DNA of 64,000 nt from Eutreptiella sp. 'Long Island Sound 2002' (GCA_964036045.1 OZ038378.1:6200001-6264000), one strand, 5' to 3'; shown: positions 1 to 14,113, counted from the stretch's first letter. Numbers and translations: made by a program. Notes: generated from the letters alone by a model not told the origin.

Positions 1-952
1 CCCCCGTTCGGGAGGCCCGTACTGTTGGGGGGAGGGGGGGGGGGGCGCGCAAAGGCATGCGTACACCGACCTGTTTGGGGGTTGGAATTGAAAGGCCGGT
101 GCAGTGGATTCAGAACATGACCGGGCTTTGTATAACGCAGGTCTGGCACTTCTGAGTGCCTGAAAAGCAAAGTCTCCTCCGCTGACTGCCAGCCATCAGC
201 AGTTAGGGAGCAGAACAGAGGGTGCGTGGCCCGATGGGTGGACCTCTGACCCGCAATCACGCGGGAAATCCTGAATCTGTTGGCATCCCTCGCTGAGCAC
301 ACAGGTCATGCAGAGTGCGACTGGGCATAGTGGCCCTGCTGTAGTCCCGTCCCATGTGGTGTGCTTGCTTTGCGGCCCTGGGGAGCATCATGCTGAAGAT
401 ACAACGACCGTCATACTGTTGACTCCGGGATCGCCTGGCACCAATTCCCACATGTGTCATTGAAATGGCGCGTGATGTATGATGACTGATGTACATCCCC
501 ACTGGATGATGAACGGTTGCGGTTCTACTCCTCCAAGTGTTCAACAGAGACATAAGATTCAGAAGATGGAAAGTATCAGGACTATGTTCGTGGCGTTGGG
601 GTTTCTATTGTTTTCACGAAGATGGGGCGCTTTAGGTGGCAATGCCCAGGAATGGTCCAATCTGCGCAAGCGCGACCTGATGATGTGGGATGACTTTGTG
701 ATCAAGGGTCGACACCTGCGACACGTCTGATGGTAACGAACCTCAAAACTGACTGGGCCCCACCGACCCTCCTGTGCCCCTGTGGTGTGTGACATGGTAT
801 TGCCTCGCATGGCGGCAATTCCTTTGGGGACGCCTTGCGCATTTATGTCCGTTGAGATATGTGCTCTGCAGTGGTCTGCCGGTCACTCCCTGTCCCTGCG
901 TGATGAAGGTTCGTGGCTGTGTTGTGGTTGCTGGGCCCCGATCGTGACGCAG

Positions 953-1285
953 GTGAGCGGGCACAAGCTGGCCAAGCAGTACGAGGTGATGGAGGTGGCC
1001 ATGAAGGCCGCGAAGGTAGCACAGGAGGAGAAGAAGACGCAGAAGAAGGAGAAGGAGAAGGAGGAGAAGGAGGCGGCCAAAATTGAGCCGGGCGAGAACA
1101 AGGACGAGAAGAAGGAAGAGAAGAAGGACGAGAAGGACCCCATGAAGAAGCTGTCGAAGGAGAAGCAGCAGGAGCTCGTGGGGCTGATGGTGGAGATGAT
1201 GTGGCGCACCACGGTCCTCGACATCGAGGACACCCTTCGGCACGTGCTCTGGCGCGTCTGCGAGGACCGGGGGATCTCCAAAGAG
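953..1285 (+). CDS. Internal exon of a DnaJ X-domain protein (penultimate coding exon)
   Basis: Acceptor ACGCAG|GTG at 953 and donor GAG|GTGACG at 1285/1286. Translation VSGHKLAKQYEVMEVAMKAAK...LMVEMMWRTTVLDIEDTLRHVLWRVCEDRGISKE fits the DnaJ-X motif (MWxxxVLDIExTLRxVxxxVxxD). Upstream exons were not identified. Confidence 0.8.
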
Positions 1286-2555
1286 GTGACGCTGAGTGCG
1301 TGTCTGTTCCCCCGCTTTGGCTGCGCTGGCCGGGGCAGAGAAGTAGGGGCGGAAGGTAAAAGGGCGCGGTGCGCACGCGGTGCGGGACCTAAGCCACGTG
1401 AGTGCCCCGTCGACCCGGTCACGGGCCCCCACCGCCCGCGCTGTGGCGTGGGTCCCACGCAGCGGAGGAATGTGTGGCGGGCCGTGCGGCCCTAGTGTGG
1501 CTCTTGTGCAGCGGCCACTGCATCCTCCACAACCACAAAGACCACCAGAATGTAATGCAGCGGCACAGACATCTGGACCGGGTGGGGGACCAGGTGCAGG
1601 TGCCCCTCCCCCGCTTTTGTGCAGACAACACACCCTTCCGCAAAAGGCCTTGCAGGCGTTGTTTGTCCGGTTCTGAGGTGGTCTGATGAACAATTCGCAC
1701 AAAATTTGGAGACGCTGGTGACGATAGGGACAGGGGGTCATGAAGACCTAAAGTCTACCAGCCCCTTAGGCAGGGGTCATGAAGTTGCTGGCCACGCAGT
1801 ACATGCCGCCTACAAATGGATGGATCGGAGCGCTTCCCGCCGTATCCCCAAGAATCCTTGTTCATAGGATTTACCCCCCGAGTCGATTGAAGCCGCCAAC
1901 TGCCAGGAGAGCAGCAACATGAACAGGGCTTTGCCCCCCCTCCGGGCAGTTGAGGATGATGACCGGCAACGGCGTCAATGGTGTCGTGCAGCACAGACGG
2001 CTCATGCTGCCGCACCCCCCACACCCGCGTACGGTTGTGTGTGACGTGACCTCTGCGGCAGCTGGACGCCATGAAGCGCAGGAGCGGGACAGACGGTGAC
2101 GAAGGCTGTGTGAGGCACGCACGGCCGGAGCCTTCGCGGACATTCCTGAAATGTTTGCGCCCCCGACAGTTGCATATCAGGCCCCAGAGAAGCTCCTTTT
2201 TTGTGGGGGGGGGGGGGGGGGGGCAGTGATTCACCTCTCTGACGCTCCTGCCCTCCATTGCATTGCATGTTCACCCCCAATTTCTGCCGCGCGCCTTTTT
2301 GCGGAATCCATTGGGCCATTTCAGGTCCACTTGTTGTGAGGGGGCCCCCCTTTCCGAATTGGAATGCCCCGGGCCGAATCCCCCGTCCCAGGGCAAAGGG
2401 GGCGGCAGGTCGGTGTTGTGCCCCCACGGCCCTGCCCGTGCCGTGCCCCACCCCGACCCACAACGGAGAGCCGCAGGGCGGGTGCGGACCCGCTGAGCCC
2501 CGCGTCGCAGGCGCACGCCTGCCCTTGGCCTCGTTCGTCACCCTCGTGCCCTCAG

Positions 2556-2717
2556 GACCGCACCAAACGGCAGCGGGCCATCCTCTTGTTGGGCCAGACG
2601 TTCATGGAGGTGTCGGGGGAGAAGGCCGAGGACGGCATCGAGGACTTCAAGAAGATGGTGCAGGGCCAACTGTCCGGGCCCGGCGCCAAAGAGGAGGCGG
2701 AGTCCGAGAAGAAATGA
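2556..2717 (+). CDS. Terminal exon of the DnaJ X-domain protein
   Basis: Acceptor CCCTCAG|GAC is in phase 0 with the previous exon. DRTKRQRAILLLGQTFMEV continues the X-domain pattern (R..RA.AL..LG.IF) and ends in TGA at 2715-2717. Confidence 0.8.
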   Translation, partial: DRTKRQRAILLLGQTFMEVSGEKAEDGIEDFKKMVQGQLSGPGAKEEAESEKK

Positions 2718-5700
2718 GAGCGCGGCCCAGCGCCGGCGTCATATGGGGGGGGCCTGCGCCTGGGGTCGCCGAGGGACGTGTGCGGGTGTCGAAGGGCAAC
2801 GCCGTCTCGGAGTTTCCCTGGCAACCGCTCACAAGTGTCAAGTTCACTCGCCAAACCCGGTCCCCTGTTGTTTCTGCCGGGGGCTTTGGTGCTCGCGGCT
2901 TCAGAGGCGCGTGTTGTGAAGGGCGTGGGGGCGGGTTCCGAACGTGTCAGCCCCGCCCCCCCACCCCCCCCCCCCAAGAGGTCCTGCATTCCTGAAGGAA
3001 CACTGTGCAGACATGACGTGTGCGGATGGGGACGTCCGGGGGGGGAGGCCACGTGGGGGTCATGAGTGCCCCCGCAGGGGCATCGGGTGTTGTGGATAGA
3101 AAGGCATGTGACCGAGTCGGAAGGGCCCATCTGAAAGTCTTCACCTTCTGAGACCGCAGTCAAAGGAGGCCGTTGACTGCTACAAAACGACGGGGTGCGT
3201 GGGTCAAAGACGGACGCATTGAGATCCAGATTTGCTCTTGACCTGCCGCCCCAGCACAGCGATATGAACTTGTTGTATAATATGCGACTGGTGCACACCG
3301 GTCCGTCTGCTTGCCTTTGTGGCTTGTGCCCCCTTCCCCGGCGGGCCGCGGCGAATCAGAGATTGTGAAATAGCTCCTGCGTCGACTGTTGGGGGTATGA
3401 TTGATGGCAGCACACAAGCCCTGCCGTCTCAGGGCAGGGTACTGGACTCTGCATTCATGTGCTGGGTGTATGCGGATGTGCATTCAAGTTTCGGAGCATA
3501 GGTGGCCCGCATTGCGGGGTATCTTTGATGCCACAGATCACGATAGGCCGCCGCTGCAACGTACCTGTGAGCTCCTTGGAGTGCAAGGTGGTGCAGAAAT
3601 TATGTTGGAATGTGCAAGTGATGCGATGTGTGCGGGGGTATATGGAGGGTGTGTTGCGTGGACGTGAACATGTGCCATTGAGCACGGCATGCATACATGC
3701 ATGCATGGGTATCTTCGGGGGGCTATTCCGTCCACGAACGGGGGTGTCAACTTTTGGAACCAGGGTGGGAAAATTTGGTCCTGGAGGTATGGGTATGTTA
3801 TACATTTCTGGAAACTGCATGAAAAGGGCTTTTTATTTAATTTGATTTAGGGTGCAACTCACCGATTTGTTGAATTTCCGGATGTGGACCTCTAGTTGCT
3901 GTCTAGGCTCTGGCCTCGGCTGACGTCTTGACCTTGTGGTAGTTGTAACACCTGCTACATTGGCTCCCATTGGGTCAAATTTAGGGAATGGCCTCCCAAC
4001 ATAGGGCCTCTAAAGATGTGCAAAAGCACACATGTAAATTCACCCTGTCACGGGCTGGGTGGTGCATGCACCGCCCATGGGGAGGTTTGTCCACAGGTTG
4101 CATCTGGGTTTTGGAGGAAGGTCTGTAGTTTATGACAGGATCTGGATCTGCATCCCAATTTGGATCCTGATGTGAATGCAGGCCAGACTGCGTCCAGACC
4201 TGGCTGCAGATCTTGCTCTAGATCCGGTCGCAGATTCTGACGTACATTAACACGTAGATCTGAACCTAGATCCAGATGTGGCTCTCAATCTGAATCTATG
4301 CTTAAACTCCAAATCTGGTATTTCCTCTTAAACAGGATGTGGTCCCGGAAGGATGGCTGTGACATGAAACCACCACCCCCCGCCTTCTTGGGGTTGTGAA
4401 GATTTGGACCAGAGCGGGTTTCTGTGAATGCGGAGGGGAGGGGTTTATGAAGTCGCCAGGGGTCAATGCTGTGCAATTCCTACACGTGGATGTCAATTTG
4501 ATCAACCAATCATTCATGAGCACTGCAATTGAACTGAAGTGTTTTGGAGTGCTGTGGGAGAGGCCTCGGTGGTGGCTGGGTGCAGTACAAGGATGGGGTG
4601 CAGAGGATGTATATGTGCGATTGGGGATGCGGCATTTGAAAAGGCTGCAGTCTGCACGCACAAAAGGTGGGGAAAAGAAGAAGAAGAAAAGAGAGTCGGG
4701 GTCGTCACAAGAATTCATTGACACCTTCATGAATTTCACTACAGGGGTCTTCTTCAGGGAGGACTGTGCTCTGCGGGAACCCGTATTGTATACCCATGAA
4801 ATCTGTGACCTCCCAAGAGCATAAGGAATGCGCCAAACCGCAATGCACCATCACTTTCATCTTCTCTGGAGGCATCCTCATCTGCCCATGAAAATGGTGT
4901 ACCAATCGGCCAATGCATTGCGTCTTGTGCCATGATGTTGTTTGGTTGCACGGCATGGCGTATCAATTTGAGGTGAGGCACTAGGTTTCTCACCCCTGAG
5001 CATGTTGTCTATAACAATATCAGAAAAAGATATAGTTGTCAGCTAGACCACCCATATGAAAAATAAGATGGAGGAGGACGGAGGGGACAGTGCTGTGGCC
5101 CCGGTGCCTGCCGACACTAAGCATTCCACCACCACCACAACCACCACTTCCACCTCCTCCTCATCTGGTGTAGAACGCTGCCGCAAATTGCAGAGCATGG
5201 AAGACAACCCAGACCTGACCCTGGTGCATCAAGGCGCAGATGGCAGACCATGGTGGGCAGTGCAAAAGCGGTTCTGGCACACACGGCGGACTATAATTCA
5301 GGACTGTCCAACCTGGTTTTGGACACATCACGAGAACCATCAAACTTTGGAAACCCTTGTGGAAGAGGCTGCATTGGCAGGCCACCAACTCCAAGGACTG
5401 TGCCCATGCTCCGAGTAGTTAGTAGGGGATGACTGCTGTTGGTAGACACTGTATCTCATGAATGCAACCATTGCCCGGATGCTGAGGGTGACGTGGCAAA
5501 ACAAAAGCGTTCCATCATTTCAATGGAACTACTCAAAGCGTCCCAGCTGAACATGCCCCCGCCCCCCCCTGAAAAGACGCCCCCCCCCCCCTACCCCGAA
5601 GTACACTGCCGCCGGCTACCAGCAACTGTCGGCAAGTAGCACAAACCTGCTATGGGTTGAATCGGGTGCATAAATAATCACACACAACCCGCAACCACAG

Positions 5701-5789
5701 TGCCAGGCCACCCCTGCTTTTGCACAAGCACCAAAATGCCCAGAAATGCTGCGCACCACTGATGTGTAGCGCTTGGTGTTCCGAAACCC

Positions 5790-5935
5790 CCTGGTCCTGC
5801 GTCAAGTTGCCCGCATCAGCGGCGGAAGCACCCTCCAAACTTCACGGTCATGGGAATGACTGAGTGTGAAGCATGCCAGTGCTTGCATGAGAGGGCACCA
5901 AGGGGCAGAAGCAGCCTCTGTGAGGAGTCCTACTC
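5790..5935 (+). repeat. Decayed dispersed repeat, copy 1 of 3 (others at ~14915-15250 and ~16035-16400)
   Basis: All three loci share the core GCATG...GCATGRGAGGG(A)CACCAAGGGG(C/T)A(G/T)A(A/G)GCAGC. Confidence 0.6.
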
Positions 5936-6141
5936 TCACCTACCAAAGATACTTTCCCGCAGTTGCTTTAGATGAGCAATGTCCACAATTTCCTCCTGAA
6001 ATCTCAAACCAGTGTGTACAGCTGGGAGCACCAACCGGCACACTTACTTGGCCTTCATAGCAACCCCACCAAACACCGCAGACGCCACCCACTGTCGCTC
6101 TCTTTTGTCAGGGTCTGTTTTCCTGAATTTTAGCTGCAGTC

Positions 6142-6830
6142 ATGAAACGGTCCTCCTCTGCCGCCAGTCCACAGGGCAAAAAAATGAAGATCGAGGACCA
6201 CTTCAAGCCTGTCAAGCTCGAACCCAAGGATGAGCCGACTGGGCCATCAGCCGTGAAGCAGAAAGCGACCCCTGCGAAGCAGGAAGCGACCCCCGTGAAG
6301 CTTGAGAGCTCCAACGCAAGCACAAGCACCATCCCGGCCGCTGTTGACCTGAAGCGAGTCCAAGTACTGAGGGACAGTGCCTCTGATGGGGCCGTTGTGT
6401 ATTGGATGTCGCGGGACCAGAGGCATCAGGACAACTGGGCCCTGCTCTACGCGCAGGAGAAGGCCATCTCCGCCAAGGCCCCTCTATATGTTGTGTTCTG
6501 CCTCGCCACCAAATTTCCGGGGGCCAACCTCCGCTCATATGATTTCCTGTGGAGGGGGCTCCAGGAAGTGTCGGGGGGGCTGCGGGCGCATGGCATCCCG
6601 CTGCACCTGCTCTGGGGGGGTCCGGAGCAGGTGCTGCCGAAGTTCGTGACGTCACACCAGGTGGCGCTGGTGGTGGCGGACTTCTCGCCGCTCCGCATTG
6701 CGCGGCAGTGGAAGTCGGACGTGCAGACGGCGCTGCCGAAGGGGGTTGGGCTGCATGTGGTGGACGCCCACAACATCGTACCTTGCTGGCTTGCGTCGGA
6801 CAAGCAGGAGGTCGGGGCCCGCACCATACG
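6142..6830 (+). CDS. phr: Class II CPD photolyase, exon 1
   Basis: ATG at 6142 follows a pyrimidine-rich AG acceptor-like stretch. Motifs VVYWMSRDQRHQDNWAL, DFSPLR and VDAHNIVPCWLASDKQEVGARTIR. Donor ATACG|GTCTGT. Confidence 0.95.
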
Positions 6831-7522
6831 GTCTGTCCTAATTCTTGCAGCCTCGCATCTTTGCAACTCTTTGCCCCACCTGAAGTCGTTCTTGCTCAGA
6901 GAAAGAAGAGGTCGTCCCAAACCTGACAACAGTAAGGTGATTCAGCGTGCTTTATTTCGGTCTCATCATCAGTTTGGACATCTCCCACCATTGCTGGTGT
7001 GCCCCATGAGGCTATCTGAAGCAGGTAGAATATACGGAAGAAAAGTGTTGTACGTGACATCACAACCCAAACCTATGTCTTCTACACATAAAAACAATTA
7101 AGTTAGCATCGTTCCACCGACCAAAGTAGTTCTGTGAGGACTTCTTTCGAAGCATATACATGTACGTAGACGTATACAGCACACATGGCGTATCTTTAGG
7201 GCGTAAGCGCTACCAGTGCACTGGAAGCAAAAACTCATTTTTCATGTCTCCCAAGTTCCAACCCTTTCGTGTTTGGCCTGGCCCAGCGATAGGGTCCAGG
7301 AGGGATTTCTCAGGCAGGGGCGGCCACGTCCTTGGCTCCAAGGGCATGCCTGACCAACTGGTGGCTCGTTTCCCTCCACACCCCGAACCATCGGCTTCAG
7401 GCTGATTATGTGCAGTCGTGGGCTGGTCATTGGGTTTCCAGACTGTCTGAGCCTGTGCCCTGCAGTATGAGGACGCCGTACCTGCCACTGGGCTGGCCTT
7501 TGTATTGAATCTGCTCCAACAG

Positions 7523-7610
7523 GCCCAAACTGTGGAAGCACGCCGACCGCTTTCTGACGGACATCCCCAAGTTGCGAAAGCACCCGATCCCAGCAAAAGA
7601 GTTCCCGGAG
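7523..7610 (+). CDS. phr: Class II CPD photolyase, exon 2 (88 nt; not resolved in the ORF track)
   Basis: CAACAG|GCCCAAA...GAG|GTCAGT. It completes the split Arg codon and reads (R)PKLWKHADRFLTDIPKLRKHPIPAKEFPE, the expected 'RTIRPK' continuation. Confidence 0.88.
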
Positions 7611-8040
7611 GTCAGTCTCCCTCCCTTTCTCCCCCCTCCCTCCCTCTGCCCCCCCCCCCCCTCTCTCTCTCACGTAAAGCATCACCTTTTTAACTCTTGC
7701 CTCTCTTCTGTTTGCGTGAGTCCACTCACTTTTCAGCAGCGACACGTCATCACGCGGTCGGCTGTCCGGTACGGCATTCAACCTGTTCGTGTTTTAACTT
7801 GGATGCTTTGATGCTTGTGAGAATAGTATGTGTGTCCAAGGTCATTTTCTAGGACAAGATGCCTTTTTTTTTAGGTGACAAACACGGTTGTTAAGTAACC
7901 GATGGCAGTATGCATTGCATATGCTTGGCCGGCTGGCCGCGAACTGTTTTTCCACTCAACCACTGTATTTGCCTGCACACATGAGGTTCACCATCGCATG
8001 TAGATGTAGGCTGCCACCAAAAAAACCAAACTGGATGTTT

Positions 8041-8140
8041 CTGCCTGCATGCCTGCCTGCCTCACTGCCTGCCTGCCTGCCTGCCTGCCTGCCTATCTGA
8101 CTGACTGGCTCATTGGCTGACTGTTAGCCTAATTGACTGA
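8041..8140. repeat. Compound (CTGC)n/(CTGA)n microsatellite in photolyase intron 2
   Basis: Directly visible tetranucleotide runs. Confidence 0.85.
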
Positions 8141-11100
8141 CTCTAGTGTTCTAGCACTCTCTTCGAGGTGCCTTGCCGGAGGCAATAGAATTTGGCAGCA
8201 TCCCAATACCACCCCTCTTACCCCCCCCTCCCCCAAAATGGTACCCAAATACGGGGGGGGGGTCGAGGGCTCAAAATCGAAAAAATCATTGGGGGATTAT
8301 TTTGTCTCGCAAAATAATCATTTTACAAGGGTTCAGACATCCGATATCATGCCTTGGGGTATCTCACGCGAACGACCCCCCAAAAAGGGGGGTGTATGGC
8401 GTCCGCGCCTCCGCTTGATCTAACGGCCTCTCTTTGAGGTGACTTTGAAGATTTTTAGACCCCATTATGGGGACACACTCCGACGATGTCGGCGAGACAA
8501 AAGAGGTTGGGCCCACAGAATGTGTAGAAAAAGGGCAAATAATATTTAAGGGATGGCACATGGTCCTTCTCAGTAAAAAATCTGTACTATGCATGGGCCT
8601 TACCTTATTGAATTGGTACTCTACCGCCAAAGTATACACCTTTCTCTTTCCCCCTTTCCCCCATTGCCCCACTTTCCATGTTTCGCTCTTCGGTTACAAG
8701 TTGTACGAGCCCATTGTTTATACCGTGCAGGGGGAGGGGACCGGAGCTGGAGGCAAGAGATGCGTAGACCTCCAATGGGATGTTTGAGGCTCTCTTAGGG
8801 GCAGCTTGTCCATCTTGGTGTAGGCTTCCCACATGAGACCCTACGGTGCGGGGAAGGAACTGAAGGGGAGGATACTTATGGGGGCTGGTTGTTTCCGGCT
8901 CTGAGGATGGTTTCTAAGTATCTGGGTGTCTCGCGCCTGTCAAGTCAACTAACTCTTACAAGATTAAAATTTTGTGCACTTAAAATGAGAGGAAGACACG
9001 GCACGTTTGTTGCAAACAAGCTCCCACTTGGCCCTAAGGTAGTGCCTTGTTCACTAGCCCCGTCCCACAAACACGCAAACGCCCATATCACAAGCCAGAT
9101 TTGGCTCCCACCTTGCCCAAGGATGGCACATTTCTCTCAGTTTGACACCCACCTTGCCCAATGGTGGTGTCCAGTATGTTTCATTATTTACACCCATTAT
9201 GGAAACGTGCGAAACACACCTATGTGTTTTCATGTGAATCTTCTGCATTTTCATTTTTCACTGCGTGTCCATGTACCGTCTCGATTTTCTACGCCGTTCA
9301 CGCTGTAGATTGTTTTTTTGTTAACAAACATTCATGATCCCTATGACAGGGTCAACATCAGTGAGGAACATGCAGAAGGGGTACGCACAGCGCGCACATC
9401 ACTACTGGAACATGCACCATGCAGCCCAAGGTGCATGTAACAGCACTGGCATGCCGACTTACTTTTTGTACTTGTTGGGTGTCTCGGCCACCAGTCGTGG
9501 AGCCCAGATATCCGGATGCCGTAGACCACAACCCATACCCCGTAACACCAGTGCAGCTCTGTTTGTCGAGGGGCTGCTGCACTCCTGTCCAGAATGCCTT
9601 TGATTACGCCGCCGGGTACAGTGATACGACGTGGGGATTCTCTGTGGATGTGAGGCTCACAGACCTGCTGGTTTCGTCTTGCATCAGGCGCTTTGCCGCA
9701 TGGCGATGCTGATCCCAAGGTAATGCAAACAACCAAAAACCGACCCCCCCCCCCAAAGTGTGTTACATTCCCCTAGTATGAGCCCAGCGACCTCGCCTCC
9801 GCATGCTCTTCATTAGCACCCTCCCATGTGTGCGTTTGAAACGTTCCCCCTCCTTGTGCCTCCTGAAAGGGATGGTCCCAAATCCCAACTTGGATGGCCT
9901 CCATACCTCACGTTGTTGAAATAACGTGATGACAGGCCCAAAGGGCTAACATTTGCAATCGGATTCGGTGACAACATTTGGCGATTATCCCCCCCCCCCA
10001 AAAAAGGTTCCTGCCGAAGTCAATGGTCCAGATAGGGGCTTAGGCTCCCCTCCTCCACTTCAACGATCAAGGGCCTCTCCCCTGTCCCCTCCCCAAAACA
10101 GTTACCAGGACAAACGAAATATCAGGGGCCCAAAGACTCCCATTGTCCGCGAACGAAAAAAAGCACAGACTTTCCATCATAAGGAAACAAACCTGTCCCT
10201 TGAAATGTGGGCCTACAAAACCAGCCACAGTCTACTTTGGAATGCACAAGGAGCAGGGCTCTGCAAAAGCCCAACGCCTGCACTCCTCGCTCTGCACAGG
10301 ACGGCAGTACACTTGAACCACTGACCGTATCCCTCATTGACGCCTTTTCAAGCCCTGAACACAGAATTCAGAGGCTCTTTGAGTGTCCCTCAGCCCTTTT
10401 GCAAACCAGGGTTCGAATCCCACCAAGCACAAAATTTTGACCCCCCCCCAATAATTGCATCAAGGGCATCGTGTTGCATCACGTACCAGTTGGGCCTTCT
10501 TGCTGCGTGGAAGTGCCATTTTGTGTGCAGTGATATCTTTTGACAATACAATGCATGCAACTTCCAACGCTCAAGACCAAACTTGGTCTCAACTCGCCTG
10601 CTATTTAGGTTGTTGTCCAAACCCTGAAAACCTATGGTTGCAACACACAAACCCTACACACAACAATAATACACACTAGGTCCACATTGATTTTGAGCAG
10701 CAAGTTTGAGCATGACACACACAATATTGCATGCATAAATGTGAGCAAGACTAACAGCATGCAAACATGTAGGAGTAATTAGGAACAACATTTCAACAAG
10801 GAAAATAGTACATTTATAGACTCCAATGCAGAATAGCATCATTAAATAGTTGCCCCAACTCATTAGCTTATATGTTAAATGTAGCGATTTGGTGTGAGGG
10901 GCGCAACTATGTCCTAGTGTACATTATTGCTATGTGTCACACAGCGAGTAGGGGTCCAGTGGGTGTTCCCGAATCACGCCATATCGTTGGAAAGGGAGGA
11001 GGTGGGTTAGCCACTATAGGCTCTGCGACAAGGGGAGTTCTTGTAGAGACCTGCGGGCCTCCTGCTCATAGGTGATGGGCCGAGGTGGACACCAAGCCCG

Positions 11101-13621
11101 CGCATCGTCACGCTAGGGGCGGTGGAATGGGTTTCCGGAGGGCTGTTGATGGTGGGCGCCCTCGTTCCCACTCCTCCGGTTTTTTTCCTGATGGAGAGGG
11201 TGCCCGAGAACTAGGTGCTATCCAGGGTGCCTCGGAATACCGGTACCCATTGCTGCCCTTCCACGGGGTTTTCGTTGTCCTCATCTAGCCCAGTTGGTGT
11301 GCCAAGTTTGGCATGTGCCTCACTAGCTACTCTGAGTTGTAGGCCGTTTTGGGGCCGTGTTCTGTGTACCAAAGGATGATACGCCCCTTGCACTAGTGCC
11401 GGTCTCCAGTTTGGTTGTTACGGAAGGGTTGTGGTATTCCCAAGCCCTCCTGCTACTCCGTGTACATGTCACTAGACGCCTTCGGGCCGGTTCAGGGCTT
11501 GAAGCACGGTTTTGGCAGTGGGTTTGACAGTGTGTGTGCTTGCATGCTCGTCCTCCTGCAAGGCTTCCGAGGGGCTACCGGGGCTGCCTTGGGGGGTCTT
11601 TGAAATATGGGTGAATGGTGTTGTCGGAGGGGGGGTTGGGCTAGTGCCTGCATGTTTACTGATGCCCTTTCCTGGGTGAGTTTCGTGAGGCGTTTGAAGA
11701 CCTCCATGAGATTGGTTGGCCAAGAGAGGGCGTGTGGGTTGTCTACCGGGGAGTGTCCGAGGTGGTATGTGTGGAGGGCCTGGGCTTGGTTCAGCCATTG
11801 GGGGGAGGGCTCCGGTGGGGGTGGTCCCTCCAGGGCTCCTTGTACCAGTACATGGCTGTGTGTATGGTATGCCACGGTGTTTGTGGTCGTCCAGTGGCCG
11901 TGGTGGCCTGAATGAGTCGCTGCTGGCCTCGTGTGTTGAGGATCAGTGTGTTTGGTATGCGCTTGGGCCGCCAATAGAAGCCCTTGTGCCCTGTGGGACT
12001 GCCGCGTCGGGCGGGGGGGCCTCGAGTATGTCCCATAGAGCGACAATTATATGGGCTCATGTCGGATGCACGTGCCAAGAGTTGTGCCACTTGAATGGGG
12101 CTGATGTCTCTGTCTGGGTCTTGGTTTGGTGGTGGCATAGTAGGGACGGTCTTAATGTCCCATTGCTTAGTATTCGCTACCAGAGGTTACAACACTACAG
12201 TACTGATGTGCGTTGTTCTGTCTCTCTAGGACTACATGGCTTTTTGTGCCAAAATCCTTTGGGGGTGGGTTGTGGGGCACATGGTGATATGAGAGATGGC
12301 TTGTTGCAACCCCTTCTTTGCCTGTGGTTCTTGGGCCTATTGGTCCCCTGAGATGCAATGTGGATGGTGGCTTAGCAGTGGAGGTCCGATGGTTTGGGAT
12401 GTCGCCATGTCTGGTGGTACGGCATGTTCTTTGAACCTGGTGGGCAGGATATATATCTCGGGGTCCCTAGAATGGTGCCCAGGTGCACGTTGGAGTAAAT
12501 AAATAGTGCTTAGAGGGTGTTGGAGTGCTAACGTGCATGGAATCGAGCACACTGGGCTGTGGTGTGTGCCGAGTGTGTGATTCATGTTGTGGGGCACTGT
12601 GTACACCGTGAAAGGGGCCACTGTAGTCCCCAGTACTATTCTAATATTATGCCTATTTCTTCCACATTTTAAAAGACACCTATTACTTTTGCAATATCTT
12701 ATGTTGCTGTTTTCACTGCTTATCCCTGTCCAGTTCCTTCATAGGCTGTATTCATTTTACGGGGCAAGTGTAATAAAAGTTTCTTTTTATGAAACACGCT
12801 TCCCACCAATCGTTGCAACCAAACATTTCATGTTTTTGAAAATATTGCATAACCAAAGCATCTGGTATGTGGGTAGTTTGCTCGTTGACATTTCTTGAGA
12901 CACCTGGTGCCATTTTGTTTACGGCACTTGCACAGCAGCGTGCTATTCTAGTGGTGCTTCTGCTTCCTTCAAATTTTTGAAGACATTTCTTGGGGAGTCT
13001 TCTACAGTGCTTTCATTGTACCATTTTCAGTACTTATCTACGGCACCAGGGCTGTAAAAAGGGAATCCTACCATTTCACAAATTTTCAACTAGCAGGTTT
13101 CACCATTTGCACATAGCTTCCTCTATTGGAGATTTGCATGCAGAGACTGCATTGGGCCGAAACTGTTGCTGAAAAAACTGCCCCCTACAGGTTTTTGTTA
13201 TTGGTGTTTTCTGATGGTTGCACTAAAACACATTTGTGGTAGGTCAACCACAATTTTCTGTTTTGCTGCCTACATTTTGCTGCACGATAAACAGGCTATA
13301 AATGTTTGGTAGTTGAGGGTAATGAGCCTGAAGCAGGGATTTTGTTGCCTCAAATAGCCCTTTTTTGTCTCAAATTCAGGCGGATGATGGTAGCTTTTAA
13401 CTGTCGTTTTTTGATTTGTTGGCTCATTTTTTCCCCTGCTGAACCTTTTGCTCTCTGCCTTCTACCTTTTGCCCAGAAGTGGTGTCCCACTGTCAAACAG
13501 GCGTGGTGCGTACAGACCTTTGCGGATTTTTATCATTTTATGGCGCCCCCCTGTTTGGGCCGTTTGTGCATAGTGCACCCCAAGTGCACCCGCCCCTGTT
13601 CCTTTCCACATCCATTTTTAG

Positions 13622-14113
13622 GCCCCAAGCTTAGAGGAGGCATTGCGGAACGTGGAGGACGTAGACATGACAGTAAAGCCTGTGGCGCGCTTCACGCCAG
13701 GCGAGGCGGCGGCGCACAAGCAACTCCAGCGCTTCCTGGAGGCAAAGCTGCAGCTGTACCAATCCCGGAATGACCCCAACGAGGATGCTCTGTCGGACTT
13801 GTCGCCGTACATGCATTTCGGGCAGATCTCCGCGCAGCGCGTCGTGATGGAGGCCCGAGAGTACCGCAAGAAAAATTCTGCTGCGGTCCAGTCTTTTGTG
13901 GAGGAGCTGTTCATCCGTCGGGAGCTGTCGGACAATTTCTGCTTCTACCAGCCGCACTACGACTCCCTCAAAGGGTCTGCGGGGTGGGCCCAGGAGTCGT
14001 TGCGGCTGCATGAGAAGGACGCGCGTGAGCACGTCTACACCGTTGAACAGTTCGAAAAATATGACACTCACGATGATCTCTGGAATGCGGCACAGAAGCA
14101 GCTGGTGGTCGAG
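13622..14113 (+). CDS. phr: Class II CPD photolyase, exon 3
   Basis: TTTTTAG|GCC acceptor, phase 0. Motifs PGE, RNDPN, LSDLSPYMHFGQISAQR, EELFIRRELSDNF and THDDLWNAAQ. Donor GAG|GTCTGT. Confidence 0.95.

Noticed and set aside
479-730. Upstream exon of the DnaJ X-domain gene
   Set aside because: No frame gave family-like sequence with usable splice sites. The upstream exons probably lie outside the window.
6831-7101. C-terminal part of the 319-aa track ORF as photolyase sequence
   Set aside because: It is read-through into intron 1. Homology resumes at the AG-bounded exon at 7523.
10405-10425. Perfect B-box GGTTCGAATCCC suggesting a tRNA or SINE
   Set aside because: No convincing A-box or cloverleaf upstream, and no matching tail.
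11000-12560. Possible decayed LINE C-terminal region (Trp/Cys-rich fragments)
   Set aside because: No diagnostic motif could be recovered with confidence, so it is left unannotated.
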